A stretch of DNA of 64,000 nucleotides from IMG/VR virus record IMGVR_UViG_3300044713_000232, positions 11,632 through 75,631 of that record; one strand, given 5' to 3'. The notes beneath the pieces are model-generated. The model searched no databases, was not told the origin of the DNA, and saw only the letters and a list, made by a program, of their open reading frames with translations. How positions within the stretch are numbered: position 1 is the stretch's first letter; every line of letters begins with the position of its first letter. The translations under genes were made by a program, and so were the position numbers. Below are positions 17,622 to 26,372 of the stretch, in pieces. This DNA is from a virus.

Positions 17622-19358
17622 TTACTGCGCTTGCCCATACCTTCGACAGCGGCTCGTCACGATGCTCAAGCCGTAGATGGCGGCGGCGGCGACGGCGACG
17701 ACAGCGACGCCTTTCACGATGGAGGTCACCGCATCTGCCGTGGTAGGCGGGGGCACGTAGTTGGGGTTGCGCTGGTCATCGCTGCGCAGCGGGGGCAAGT
17801 CGGGGGCCTGATTGCCGCCGGTGCTCTTGCAGTGTTGATCCACCAGAGCGCGCCACTTCTTGTAGATGTTCTCGAAGTCGTAGCCGCGCTGAATCTCGGC
17901 GTCGGCATCGCAGAGCGGTATGTCGGCGTTGTACCAGTTCATGAACGCGATGCGGTCTGCGATGTAGTCGTACTTCTGCGTCAGCGTGAAGCCGTCGGGG
18001 GCACCGTTCGGGAACGCCGCCGTCGCCGCACAGACGCTCCTGCCATCCTTGCAGAGCGCGCAGTTGTCGACGTCGTCGGTGAGCTGGTCCCAGCCCACCA
18101 GGAGGCGGGTCTTCTGACCGACGAGCACATCGATGTTGCAGCTGATGCCGGGGATGTGCACAGCACCGGCGCCTGTAGCGCCGACGCCGGCAGGCAAGGC
18201 GCACGCGAGCTGCACCTTCAGATCCCACAGCTGTCGGGCGCGCGCGTAGTCTTTCAAGCGGCTGTAATCCGCGGGCGTAAGCGCCTGTGCGCTGAAGGCT
18301 TGCCAGTCAGCCATCGCGCTGGCGAAACCGGCGGCGTCGCTGGCGGATAGATTGGTGCACGCCTGCACCGCCGCCGCACTCTGCTTCCACGCGCTGTCGA
18401 CCTGGGCTTTCAGCCCATCGACAGAAGCCTGGTCAGGCGTCTGCCCGATGCCAGCGCGGCACCAGCCGGTGCCGGTGTTGTACTCGATGCCGTGCATGCC
18501 GGAGCGGAACCACGTGCCGCTACGGAAGATGGTGCTGCCTGCCTGCGGGCGCCCGGTGTCGACGGCGGTGTCGTCGCCTGGCGCGGGGCGCGACATCGAG
18601 CCGCCACTGTTGTCGCCAGGCGCCGGGCGCGAGACGTAACCGCTGCCGCCTTGCTTGAAGCCGCCGCTCGGTGAAGCTCCCATCGTAATCAACTGCGCTC
18701 CTGAAATGCCGACGGGGCCCACGGGGGCCGTGTCGAGCGGGTTGTAGAAGGTCTGCCCCGGGACGTTCGGGGGACACCCCATGCTCCCCAGAGGCCCGAC
18801 GCGGTAGGTATTGTTGGCGCCGTCGACGCCCAGCTTGTTGCCGCCTTCGTCGATGGCGATCAGCAGCACATGTGCCTGCTCCTTGAAGGGCTGCACACAG
18901 ATCATCACCGGAATCGCGAAGGATAGGATCATCGCGCCGAGTGCCGCGGTGGCATCATCGCAATCGCCACGTCGAAGGCACAGACCCGCTTTGCCGCGGA
19001 GGCACATCGTCGCGGATGCCGACTGTACCTGCTCCGTCTTAGCGGGGTCGGAGGCGTACATGACGAGGCGTCTGTATTCGTCGAGGCACGCCTGGCACGT
19101 CTGCGCGACGGAGGGGCGTCTTGCTCGACCGTCGAAGCCGGCGGCGCGCAACGCCTCCGCGGCGATGCCCTGCACGTCGGGGTCGTTCTGCCCTTCGCGA
19201 ATCTTCTGCGCGACGGCGTCCACGCTCGCCCCGGCACCGACTGAGCCGTCGGCGTAGGGGACGACGTTGATACGCGCACCTTCGGCTTGAGCCCTCGGGA
19301 TGCCGGGGGTGAAAGACTGACTGAGCCCTAGGCCGATGCCGCGAATGCCGTTACGCAC
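17622..19358 (-). CDS. Transglutaminase-like (Cys-His-Asp) protein with C-terminal helical domains and TM
   Basis: YASDP...E...RGDCDDATAALGAM...AHVLL...GVDG; C-terminal TM GVAVVAVAAAAIYGL. Confidence 0.8.
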   Translation of the reverse strand: MRNGIRGIGLGLSQSFTPGIPRAQAEGARINVVPYADGSVGAGASVDAVAQKIREGQNDPDVQGIAAEALRAAGFDGRARRPSVAQTCQACLDEYRRLVMYASDPAKTEQVQSASATMCLRGKAGLCLRRGDCDDATAALGAMILSFAIPVMICVQPFKEQAHVLLIAIDEGGNKLGVDGANNTYRVGPLGSMGCPPNVPGQTFYNPLDTAPVGPVGISGAQLITMGASPSGGFKQGGSGYVSRPAPGDNSGGSMSRPAPGDDTAVDTGRPQAGSTIFRSGTWFRSGMHGIEYNTGTGWCRAGIGQTPDQASVDGLKAQVDSAWKQSAAAVQACTNLSASDAAGFASAMADWQAFSAQALTPADYSRLKDYARARQLWDLKVQLACALPAGVGATGAGAVHIPGISCNIDVLVGQKTRLLVGWDQLTDDVDNCALCKDGRSVCAATAAFPNGAPDGFTLTQKYDYIADRIAFMNWYNADIPLCDADAEIQRGYDFENIYKKWRALVDQHCKSTGGNQAPDLPPLRSDDQRNPNYVPPPTTADAVTSIVKGVAVVAVAAAAIYGLSIVTSRCRRYGQAQ

Positions 19359-19374
19359 GCGGCTAGTGTAGCAC

Positions 19375-19794
19375 CTAGCGCTTGCCCTTCAGCCTTCGCT
19401 CCAACAGAGCGCGCTGTACGGCTGCTTGAGCTTCGGCCCGCGCATCACCGCCGGCAGCGAGGCCGGTGCCCGGCACCCGGGGGAGCTCGCGTGCGAAAGT
19501 GACTTCGTCGACCTGCCAGCCGATATCGCGAAGCGTTTTCGCGGAGATGCCGACAAAGCCCACCTGGCCGTTGGGCAGCGCTTGCTGGAGGCAGAGAGCA
19601 GCCTGACCGCTGTGCCAGAACCAGATGGGGCTCACTTGTAGCGCCAGAAAGGCTTTCTCTTCCTCGGCTGTCAGCTCCTCGGGCAAGATAGGCTCCACGA
19701 GGCCCTCTGTCTTCACCATGTAGCCGAGCACGGTGTATCCGCGCATCCGCTTCTCGAGAGGCATCGCAACGGGAGTCAGCCACATGCTACGCAT
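19375..19794 (-). CDS. Hypothetical protein
   Basis: ORF preceded by TATAGT-N6-ATG. Confidence 0.65.
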   Translation of the reverse strand: MRSMWLTPVAMPLEKRMRGYTVLGYMVKTEGLVEPILPEELTAEEEKAFLALQVSPIWFWHSGQAALCLQQALPNGQVGFVGISAKTLRDIGWQVDEVTFARELPRVPGTGLAAGGDARAEAQAAVQRALLERRLKGKR

Positions 19795-19841
19795 ACGGAG
19801 ACTATAAGACAGCGCGGCGCAAGGCGCCAGTGCGTAAGACT

Positions 19842-20372
19842 CTACACGCCTGCGGTGAAAGCGGCGCGCGTCACGCCGAGAGCTGCGGCGGCGACAGCGG
19901 CGACAAGCATCTTCGTTGATGCCGGCACCAGCACAGAGACGCCAGCAGCGGCGGCGTCGTTGAACAGCTTCGAGGCGTCGGTGTCGAGCTGCGACAGCGC
20001 GGCTTGCGAAGCCGGGGGCTTCGTCGGCGTACCGTTGGGGGTCTCCACCATGTTGGCCGCATCGTTAGCGACGTCGTACGCGTCGTTGTAGACGCTCCAC
20101 GCGGATGGAACGTTGACGCCGACGTCGGCGCGCAGGTTGTTCGCGGCGAGATTCAAGAGCTGCGTCTGCGTCTTGAGATCGGCCCAAGGGTCGACCTTGG
20201 GTTTCAAGTTGTTACCGCCGCCAGAGCCGCCACTAGAGCCGCCTGACGGCGAGCCGCCGCCACTTGCCGGAGGTGTCGAGGCGCTGACGGCGTGGGCTAC
20301 CAGCGCGACGGCTCCCAGAGCCAGCGCCGCCATACCGCCGACAGCAATCAAGTCGCGCGTCGATTCGCGCAT
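19842..20372 (-). CDS. Putative virion membrane protein
   Basis: N-terminal TM, Gly/Ser linker, helical domain. Confidence 0.6.
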   Translation of the reverse strand: MRESTRDLIAVGGMAALALGAVALVAHAVSASTPPASGGGSPSGGSSGGSGGGNNLKPKVDPWADLKTQTQLLNLAANNLRADVGVNVPSAWSVYNDAYDVANDAANMVETPNGTPTKPPASQAALSQLDTDASKLFNDAAAAGVSVLVPASTKMLVAAVAAAALGVTRAAFTAGV

Positions 20373-20379
20373 GCTGTCG

Positions 20380-20946
20380 CTATCGAACGTGGCGCTTCAG
20401 CGCCTTGTGCACCGGCGACTTCTTGTGGAAAAGGAGCCACCCGAGACCGCCGACAGCGACGACGCCACCGCCGACGGCAGTAGCCTTCTGCCATGTGGCC
20501 GCGGTGTCCCACCACAACTTGAGGCCCGTCTCCGGAGGGCACCCGTTGGCGGGACGGCTGCCGTCGGTGCAGATGGGCGTGCACTGCCCAGTGACGAGAT
20601 CCACCAGCGATCCCTGCGGACAGTTGCCATCGCTCAGGCCCGTGACGTTGGAGACACAGGGGCTCGTGACGTCATTGGGGTTCTGAAGGCTGAAACCCTG
20701 CGGGCATCCGCCATTCGCCTGGCCGACGCCGATGGGCAACCCGACGGTGCGCACATGATGCCCGCCGGAGAGTACGGCGAGGTTGGTGCGCGCCGTCATC
20801 GCGGCCTGAAGGGGCGTCGTGACGCGCCTGTTGCGCGCCGTCTGCCCGACGCCCGTCGGCGCCCCAGCGTTGCCCGTCATGGCGATGGCCTTGGGGCCGT
20901 CTCCAGAGCACGGAAGACCTTTGTCGCAATCTGAACAACATCCCAT
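20380..20946 (-). CDS. Cys-rich protein with C-terminal TM and basic tail
   Basis: MGCCSDC, two CPQG repeats, GVGQ twice, TM. Confidence 0.65.
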   Translation of the reverse strand: MGCCSDCDKGLPCSGDGPKAIAMTGNAGAPTGVGQTARNRRVTTPLQAAMTARTNLAVLSGGHHVRTVGLPIGVGQANGGCPQGFSLQNPNDVTSPCVSNVTGLSDGNCPQGSLVDLVTGQCTPICTDGSRPANGCPPETGLKLWWDTAATWQKATAVGGGVVAVGGLGWLLFHKKSPVHKALKRHVR

Positions 20947-20967
20947 GGTGTTGCAGTGAGAATACTC

Positions 20968-21138
20968 TTACGCACCTGGCGGCGCAACCGGCGGCTTAGG
21001 AGGGCGCCGGCGGTTGTGGTACCTGAAGCGCGCGACGCCTATCTCTGTGAGCCCCGCCAGCAGTAGCAGCAAGCCGAAGGCGCAGAGCGCAATGACGCTC
21101 TTCCAGTCAGCGGGGATGTTGTCGAAAACGTCTGCCAT
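20968..21138 (-). CDS. Small single-TM protein (56 aa)
   Basis: Manual translation MADVFDNIPADWKSVIALCAFGLLLLLAGLTEIGVARFRYHNRRRPPKPPVAPPGA. Confidence 0.55.
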   Translation of the reverse strand: MADVFDNIPADWKSVIALCAFGLLLLLAGLTEIGVARFRYHNRRRPPKPPVAPPGA

Positions 21139-21147
21139 GTCGCGAGT

Positions 21148-21474
21148 CTACAGCAAGTAGGCACGCGTGTCGTTCCAGGCGCGAATCTGCCTGGTGCGCA
21201 TCTCGGAAACGTCACGAGATTCGTCGTCTTTGGGCGGTCCGATGATGGTGTGGCCGATGAGATGGGCGCCCCACCACGGCCCGGCGATGGGAAAGGGCTT
21301 CAGGCACGAGACGCGCTGCTCGCTGAGAGCCTCGCCGCATGCTCCGGCCCAGGCCGCTTCGGTGCTTTTCGTGTCGGTGGCGTCGAACAGGAACAGCTTG
21401 TTGCTGCCGAACGCCTTGAAGTAGTTATTAGCGCGGCGCTTTTTGTTGGTAGAGGAGATGACGTGGAGGATCAT
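21148..21474 (-). CDS. Hypothetical protein
   Basis: GAGG before ATG; fills the gap between neighbours. Confidence 0.55.
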   Translation of the reverse strand: MILHVISSTNKKRRANNYFKAFGSNKLFLFDATDTKSTEAAWAGACGEALSEQRVSCLKPFPIAGPWWGAHLIGHTIIGPPKDDESRDVSEMRTRQIRAWNDTRAYLL

Positions 21475-21478
21475 ACCT

Positions 21479-22813
21479 CTATCGATGCAGCTTACGCATC
21501 TCGCGTTTCACGGCGCCGACGACTTTTCCGCCGGTCTTACCCCACGCCCACTCGACCGTCTTGCCGAAAGCCCAGCCTTTGGCGAGCGCGACAAGTCCGA
21601 TACCACCGAGAACAGCGACACCGGTACCAGCTGCAACTTTCACCGCCGTGGCGCCGACTGTCGACTTCGCCGGGGCCCCGGGCAGCGTGACGTTGCTCGC
21701 CTGAGGCGGCGGGATCAACGGCCCCGTATTGACGACGAGGTTGCCGTTCTGGATCGGTACGAGACTGTCGCCTTTGATGTTGTTGACGACATCGGTGACG
21801 AGCATGTGCTCGTAGCCGACGGTGAAGTCGGAGCAGGCCGGGTCCACTGCGAGAGCCAGCGGCGACGGCGCCATCAGGAACGGGGTGCCCGGGGCGTGCG
21901 CCATGTTCCACAGTCGAATCGCGTGCGCGAGCACCTGCCAATCTGGTTGCGCCTTGAGCCCGTTGAGGGCGTACTCCTGATTCGCTTTCCACGCGCTGAA
22001 GAAGTGCCTGAGGAAGTCGCCGGCAAACGTGCCCGCAGGCGTCTGTAGCGAACACGAGATCGTATTGTACGCAGGGAACGCGACGTCGATGAGGCGGTAA
22101 CCGAAGCCGGGGATGCCGCCCGACCATTGGCCGTATCCGGGAATACCGCTCCATCCGTAGAGAGAGCTGTCGAACCAGTGTGCGTCGTTGGGGTTGTTCA
22201 CCGAAGGGAACGACTTCCAATTCGCCGTACCCGGCCCCGCTGTTACGGGGTCCAGCCCGAACACAGCGACGCAACCCACGGAGTAGTTCGGCGCCTGTGA
22301 GAAGGTGGTGCCGGGGCACCCGGGGATGCTGAACCCCGGGCTTCCGCCGCCGAGCAGCAGATCGCTGATGATGCCGATGGCTCCGACGATGGCGGCACCA
22401 GCGCCAGCGCTGACGGCACCCGCCAACACTGCGACGCCGATCATCGTGCCGGTGAAGAGCTGCACCGCTTGTGGTGCCGAGACGCCGTTGTTGGCAGCTT
22501 GGATGAGTTGTGTCACCGTGCTGAACGCGCCCTGGATCGTGTGTCCGGCGATGGTGTACTGCTGCGCGGCGTTGAGGATGTCCGCTCCCTGCGCTTCGGG
22601 GGCCTGCGCCAGCTGCCCCACGGCGTTGGCGAAGTCGTTCTGCGCCAGCTGGTACGCGAAAGAGCCCGGAGCGTTGCCCTCGGCCTGTAGCTGTGCCCCG
22701 ACCGGGCCCCAGCTCGCCAGAAAGGCTGCGTTGTTCGTGAAGTTGCCGAAGGAGCCTCCCTGACCGACGCCGCGACGCAGGTGGGGCATAAGGTACAGCT
22801 CTCTCGCGTGCAT
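21479..22813 (-). CDS. Putative virion membrane protein with internal hydrophobic hairpin and C-terminal TM
   Basis: N-terminal RRGVGQ, long Gly/Ala hydrophobic stretch, C-terminal TM plus amphipathic basic tail. Confidence 0.65.
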   Translation of the reverse strand: MHARELYLMPHLRRGVGQGGSFGNFTNNAAFLASWGPVGAQLQAEGNAPGSFAYQLAQNDFANAVGQLAQAPEAQGADILNAAQQYTIAGHTIQGAFSTVTQLIQAANNGVSAPQAVQLFTGTMIGVAVLAGAVSAGAGAAIVGAIGIISDLLLGGGSPGFSIPGCPGTTFSQAPNYSVGCVAVFGLDPVTAGPGTANWKSFPSVNNPNDAHWFDSSLYGWSGIPGYGQWSGGIPGFGYRLIDVAFPAYNTISCSLQTPAGTFAGDFLRHFFSAWKANQEYALNGLKAQPDWQVLAHAIRLWNMAHAPGTPFLMAPSPLALAVDPACSDFTVGYEHMLVTDVVNNIKGDSLVPIQNGNLVVNTGPLIPPPQASNVTLPGAPAKSTVGATAVKVAAGTGVAVLGGIGLVALAKGWAFGKTVEWAWGKTGGKVVGAVKREMRKLHR

Positions 22814-22857
22814 CCCGTGTAGCTTACGCTCAGGTGTCGATGTAAGCTAACGCCAGG
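22814..22857. promoter_or_regulatory. Back-to-back divergent promoters
   Basis: Inverted tagcttac/gtaagcta puts TAAGCT 7 nt and 9 nt upstream of two divergent ATGs. Confidence 0.65.
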
Positions 22858-23829
22858 ATGAAAGCCTCTACTAAGGTGCTCCTGGGTGTCGGCGTCGCCG
22901 CCGCGCTAGGGCTCGGATTCGTCTTGATGAGCGGCAAAGCCACCGGCGGCGGTTCGCCGGGCAGCGGCGGTAACGCGGGGCTGCCCGCCAACATCCCGCT
23001 CATCGTGGGGCAGCACTACAAGCTCGTCCTCCCCGATATGCCCTCGCAGGGGCAGTCGTGGGTCATGACGACTTCGGCACCCGGAATCGTCAGCGTCGTC
23101 GACGTCGGCTATGCCGGCGGCGCACCGACGTCAGGGCCGGGGCTACACGCGTTCACGCTGACCGGTATCTCGGCGGGCACCGCGACCATCACGGCGACGT
23201 TGATGAACAGCTCCAACGGCAAGCCTGTCTCGGGCGTATCGCCACTGACCGCTTCGGTGTCTGTCGTCGCCGGCATCGGCACCGGCACGCCGCCAGGCGG
23301 TGGCGGCAAGGGGGGTGTTGCTACCATCGGCGGTGTGACTGCACCCGCGCAGAAGGGCGGCATGACTGCCACCGGCGGCTTGAAGACGAAGGGCGGGGTC
23401 AACACTGGCGGCATCATCAACCAGCCTCCGCCTCCTCCACCGCCACCTCCCCCGCCGCCTCCGGCGAAGACGATCACGCTCACGTGGCCCGCCTCGTTGA
23501 ATCAGGCGCTCTCCAACGGACCGCAGCTCTCGAGCAGCCCTGTGTATCTCAACGCCGGTGATACACTCGTCGTCGACATCACCGGGGATACGACGTCGCT
23601 ACCGACGTGCAACCAGTGGGCTGGCTGCGGCGTGTGGGGTGTCACGGGTACACCCCCGACGCTCGTATGGGTTCCCCAGGGGCTCGCGACGTCGTCAGCC
23701 TACGCGCTGACGTACATCGGGGCCGTCGTCTTCAACGCGGTGCAGACTGGTACCGGTACGCTGGTACTCACGAAGACGTTCCAGAACGGCGCCGTCGTGA
23801 CGTGGAGCATTCCGGTTTCTGTCTCTTAG
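22858..23829 (+). CDS. TM-anchored protein with two Ig-like (chagasin/I42-like) domains and a poly-Pro linker
   Basis: VGQHYKLVLPDMPSQGQSW...GLHAFTLTGISAGTATIT and AGDTLVVDI...VVFNAVQTGTGTLVL. Confidence 0.6.
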   Translation: MKASTKVLLGVGVAAALGLGFVLMSGKATGGGSPGSGGNAGLPANIPLIVGQHYKLVLPDMPSQGQSWVMTTSAPGIVSVVDVGYAGGAPTSGPGLHAFTLTGISAGTATITATLMNSSNGKPVSGVSPLTASVSVVAGIGTGTPPGGGGKGGVATIGGVTAPAQKGGMTATGGLKTKGGVNTGGIINQPPPPPPPPPPPPPAKTITLTWPASLNQALSNGPQLSSSPVYLNAGDTLVVDITGDTTSLPTCNQWAGCGVWGVTGTPPTLVWVPQGLATSSAYALTYIGAVVFNAVQTGTGTLVLTKTFQNGAVVTWSIPVSVS

Positions 23830-24103
23830 ACGCGCCATTGGTGACGGCAGCGGCAGCCATGCCGGCAGCGATGCCGTCGGCGATATCATTGTTCTGCACT
23901 TCCTCGAGCTTGTCGGCGAGTGCGCGTAGCGCCACGGGGATGTCGTGGGGATTGATGTCGACCTTCGGCAGCGGGCCGCAGTATGAGAGCGCGACGTTGC
24001 CGCCGGCTCCCGAGCTGAAACCGAGCTTGAAGTCGACGATGACAGGCGGTGTGTTCATAATGCCGTAACGTTTGCCGCGCTTGATTCGCTTCTTCGTCAT
24101 CAC
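23768..24103 (-). CDS. Hypothetical protein
   Basis: GGAGG and a start overlapping the upstream stop; 3' end overlaps the convergent gene. Confidence 0.45.
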   Translation of the reverse strand: MMTKKRIKRGKRYGIMNTPPVIVDFKLGFSSGAGGNVALSYCGPLPKVDINPHDIPVALRALADKLEEVQNNDIADGIAAGMAAAAVTNGASKRQKPECSTSRRRRSGTSS

Positions 24104-25557
24104 AGACCTCCACCTTCGTTGTTGCCTTCCGGTTCCTGAGGCGGCGCACTAGCGCCGACGCCAGCGTCGACTGCACCGCGGGGAATCTCTCGCACCACCT
24201 GCGCCGGCTGTTGCGGCGCTTCGCCCAGACCGGCCTTCTGATTCCCTAAACGCCCGAGTATCTCCAGAGCGCGGCTTCCAAGCTCGATAGCCTTCTCGGC
24301 AAGCCCGGGGTTTGCCATGAGGAAGCCCTCGCGCGAGAAGCCGCCGGTCTCCTTGTCGACGGCGTACTTTGCAGGGTGCCCGAGGAAGTTGGTCTCAGGA
24401 ATCGGAATCACCTCGAAGGGCAACGAGTCCTCGGGCTTCGGGGGCGTCACGACAGGCTCCGCCACGAGAGTTTCGGGTGGAGGCTCCCGAGGGCCGACAT
24501 CACCATCGTCGTAGACGTCGTTGAGCTCCTTGGCGAGACTGCGCAGCTCTCTTCCGAGGCCGACGACGGTTTTGAAAGCGCTAACGCCAGCGTGCAGCTC
24601 CGAGGCTACGTTCGTCGACGTCTGGGGCGGCGTGGCTCCGACGCCGACCTTCACGACGCCGAGGCGCTGAAGTAGCGCCACCATGCGCTCCTCGAAGTCT
24701 TGCGGCGGCGCCGCAGGCACCGCGCCGAAGCCAGGCGCCACAGGAGGTGCAGCCGTCGGCATGGGGCCGCCCTTCGTCAACGCGGCAACGAGCTGCTGGA
24801 GCTGTCCGGAGAGGTAACCCACCTGGCCGCGCAGGTAGCCGACTTCGTCATTCGGAGCAGGCGTCGAAGGCGGCTGCGCGCCGAAGCCGTAGCTGGGCGC
24901 CGGGTACACGGGCGCCTGCTGTGCCTGACGCCGCGGGGGCGGCGGGGGCGGTTCCTCCGCAGCGAAGTCGTCTTCGTAGGGGCTCGGCACAGAGACGCCG
25001 CCGTAGGGCTTTTTGTTGCGCATCTGCTCGGCGGCGCGCCTAAGCCCGACGACTTCCTCGCTGGAGGGCATATTGAGCCTTCCTCTGCCGATGATGCGCC
25101 CCGTGGTCTTCCACACGAAGCGCACCTCGTACTCTTCGGGGCCGCGCCCGGAAGGCACGTGGTAGTAGTCCTCGATGGCGCGGCGCAAAGCGTCGCCAGG
25201 CGATACGCCTTTGCCTCCGCAGATCATGGTGCCCTCGATAGCGCCAGGCAGCGTCGTCGCCTGCGGCGAGAAGCGAACTACCTGCACGTTGATGTCGTAG
25301 GGCGTCTTCGCCGGTTGCATGCGGGGGATGCGCTGGAGAATCTCCGGCCACATGAGCTCCGCCTCGCGGCTGTTCCAGCCCTCGCCCGGGGGCTTGTGCG
25401 TGCCGCCCTTATCGTTGCGGGACTTACGCTTCTTGCCGTTCGGCTTCGCCGCAGGTGCAGCGGCTTCCTGCTGCTGCGCCTCTTCCTCTGTCTCTTCCTC
25501 GCCTTCGGCGAGAGTTTCCTCGTCGAAGTTCTCGAGGCCGTCGTCTTCGGCCGGCAT
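24100..25557 (-). CDS. Pro-rich hypothetical protein with acidic N-terminus (assembly/scaffold candidate)
   Basis: 485-aa ORF after AAAGGA; five G-phi-G motifs in low-complexity linkers. Confidence 0.65.
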   Translation of the reverse strand: MPAEDDGLENFDEETLAEGEEETEEEAQQQEAAAPAAKPNGKKRKSRNDKGGTHKPPGEGWNSREAELMWPEILQRIPRMQPAKTPYDINVQVVRFSPQATTLPGAIEGTMICGGKGVSPGDALRRAIEDYYHVPSGRGPEEYEVRFVWKTTGRIIGRGRLNMPSSEEVVGLRRAAEQMRNKKPYGGVSVPSPYEDDFAAEEPPPPPPRRQAQQAPVYPAPSYGFGAQPPSTPAPNDEVGYLRGQVGYLSGQLQQLVAALTKGGPMPTAAPPVAPGFGAVPAAPPQDFEERMVALLQRLGVVKVGVGATPPQTSTNVASELHAGVSAFKTVVGLGRELRSLAKELNDVYDDGDVGPREPPPETLVAEPVVTPPKPEDSLPFEVIPIPETNFLGHPAKYAVDKETGGFSREGFLMANPGLAEKAIELGSRALEILGRLGNQKAGLGEAPQQPAQVVREIPRGAVDAGVGASAPPQEPEGNNEGGGL

Positions 25558-25568
25558 GTGGATTCCTT

Positions 25569-26372
25569 TCAGCTAAACGTCGGAGCTGGCGCAAAGACCT
25601 TGCAAGACAGCTGCGTCTCGAAGTAGTTGGTCAGCAGGTTGGCAAGGGGGCCTTGGAGATTGTTAGCGGCGGGATACCTGTAGAGGTACCCGGGCGTCGT
25701 CGACACGCTGGGGGCGTTGTCGTATCCAGAGCCGCCGTACAGCAAAGCCAGCGCGTTGATCTCCATGCTCGGCACAGCGAGAGCGCCGGCACCGCCAGTG
25801 GAGCCGACGATGAGGATGAGGGGCTGCGCCGTATATCCAGAGCCCTTCGAGACCACCGGCACCGTGGCGATGGAGTTACCGGCGCCCGTGGTGGGCGTAC
25901 CGAAGACAGCGGCGACTCCGCCGGGGCCGAGGCCGCCAACAGGCACCGCGGTCAGAGTGCCCGTGTACCCCAAACCGCCGTCGATGATGGTAACGGTATT
26001 GACATCCAGCGTACACGTGGCTTGTGCGGGGTGCAGCGGCACCGCATCGCCGGGCTGGGGCGTGAAGGTGATGGTGGGCGGTTCCGCCAAACCGTTGCCT
26101 TTGCTGATGAGCGTCAGACTGCCTACTGGCGCGCCGTGGCTACCGGGCAGCAAAGCTGCGCTGATGCTCGGCACTCCTGACTCGTAGCTGAAGGTCAGCG
26201 TACGCACGACGGGGCTCGTACCGCTCATGCTGTCACCGGTGAGCACGAGACCGATCTTGTTGAAGAGATCCACCGGCAGCGGCACCGCAGCGAACGCGGC
26301 GCTCAACGTCGTCGACGACGCGGAGCCTGTGGGGATGATGTTGTAGCGCAGAGTTGCCGTCGTGAAAGCCAT
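25569..26372 (-). CDS. Structural fibre/spike-like protein with GSGY repeats
   Basis: Four repeats: ISKGNGL, IDGGLGY, VSKGSGY, YGGSGY. Confidence 0.65.
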   Translation of the reverse strand: MAFTTATLRYNIIPTGSASSTTLSAAFAAVPLPVDLFNKIGLVLTGDSMSGTSPVVRTLTFSYESGVPSISAALLPGSHGAPVGSLTLISKGNGLAEPPTITFTPQPGDAVPLHPAQATCTLDVNTVTIIDGGLGYTGTLTAVPVGGLGPGGVAAVFGTPTTGAGNSIATVPVVSKGSGYTAQPLILIVGSTGGAGALAVPSMEINALALLYGGSGYDNAPSVSTTPGYLYRYPAANNLQGPLANLLTNYFETQLSCKVFAPAPTFS

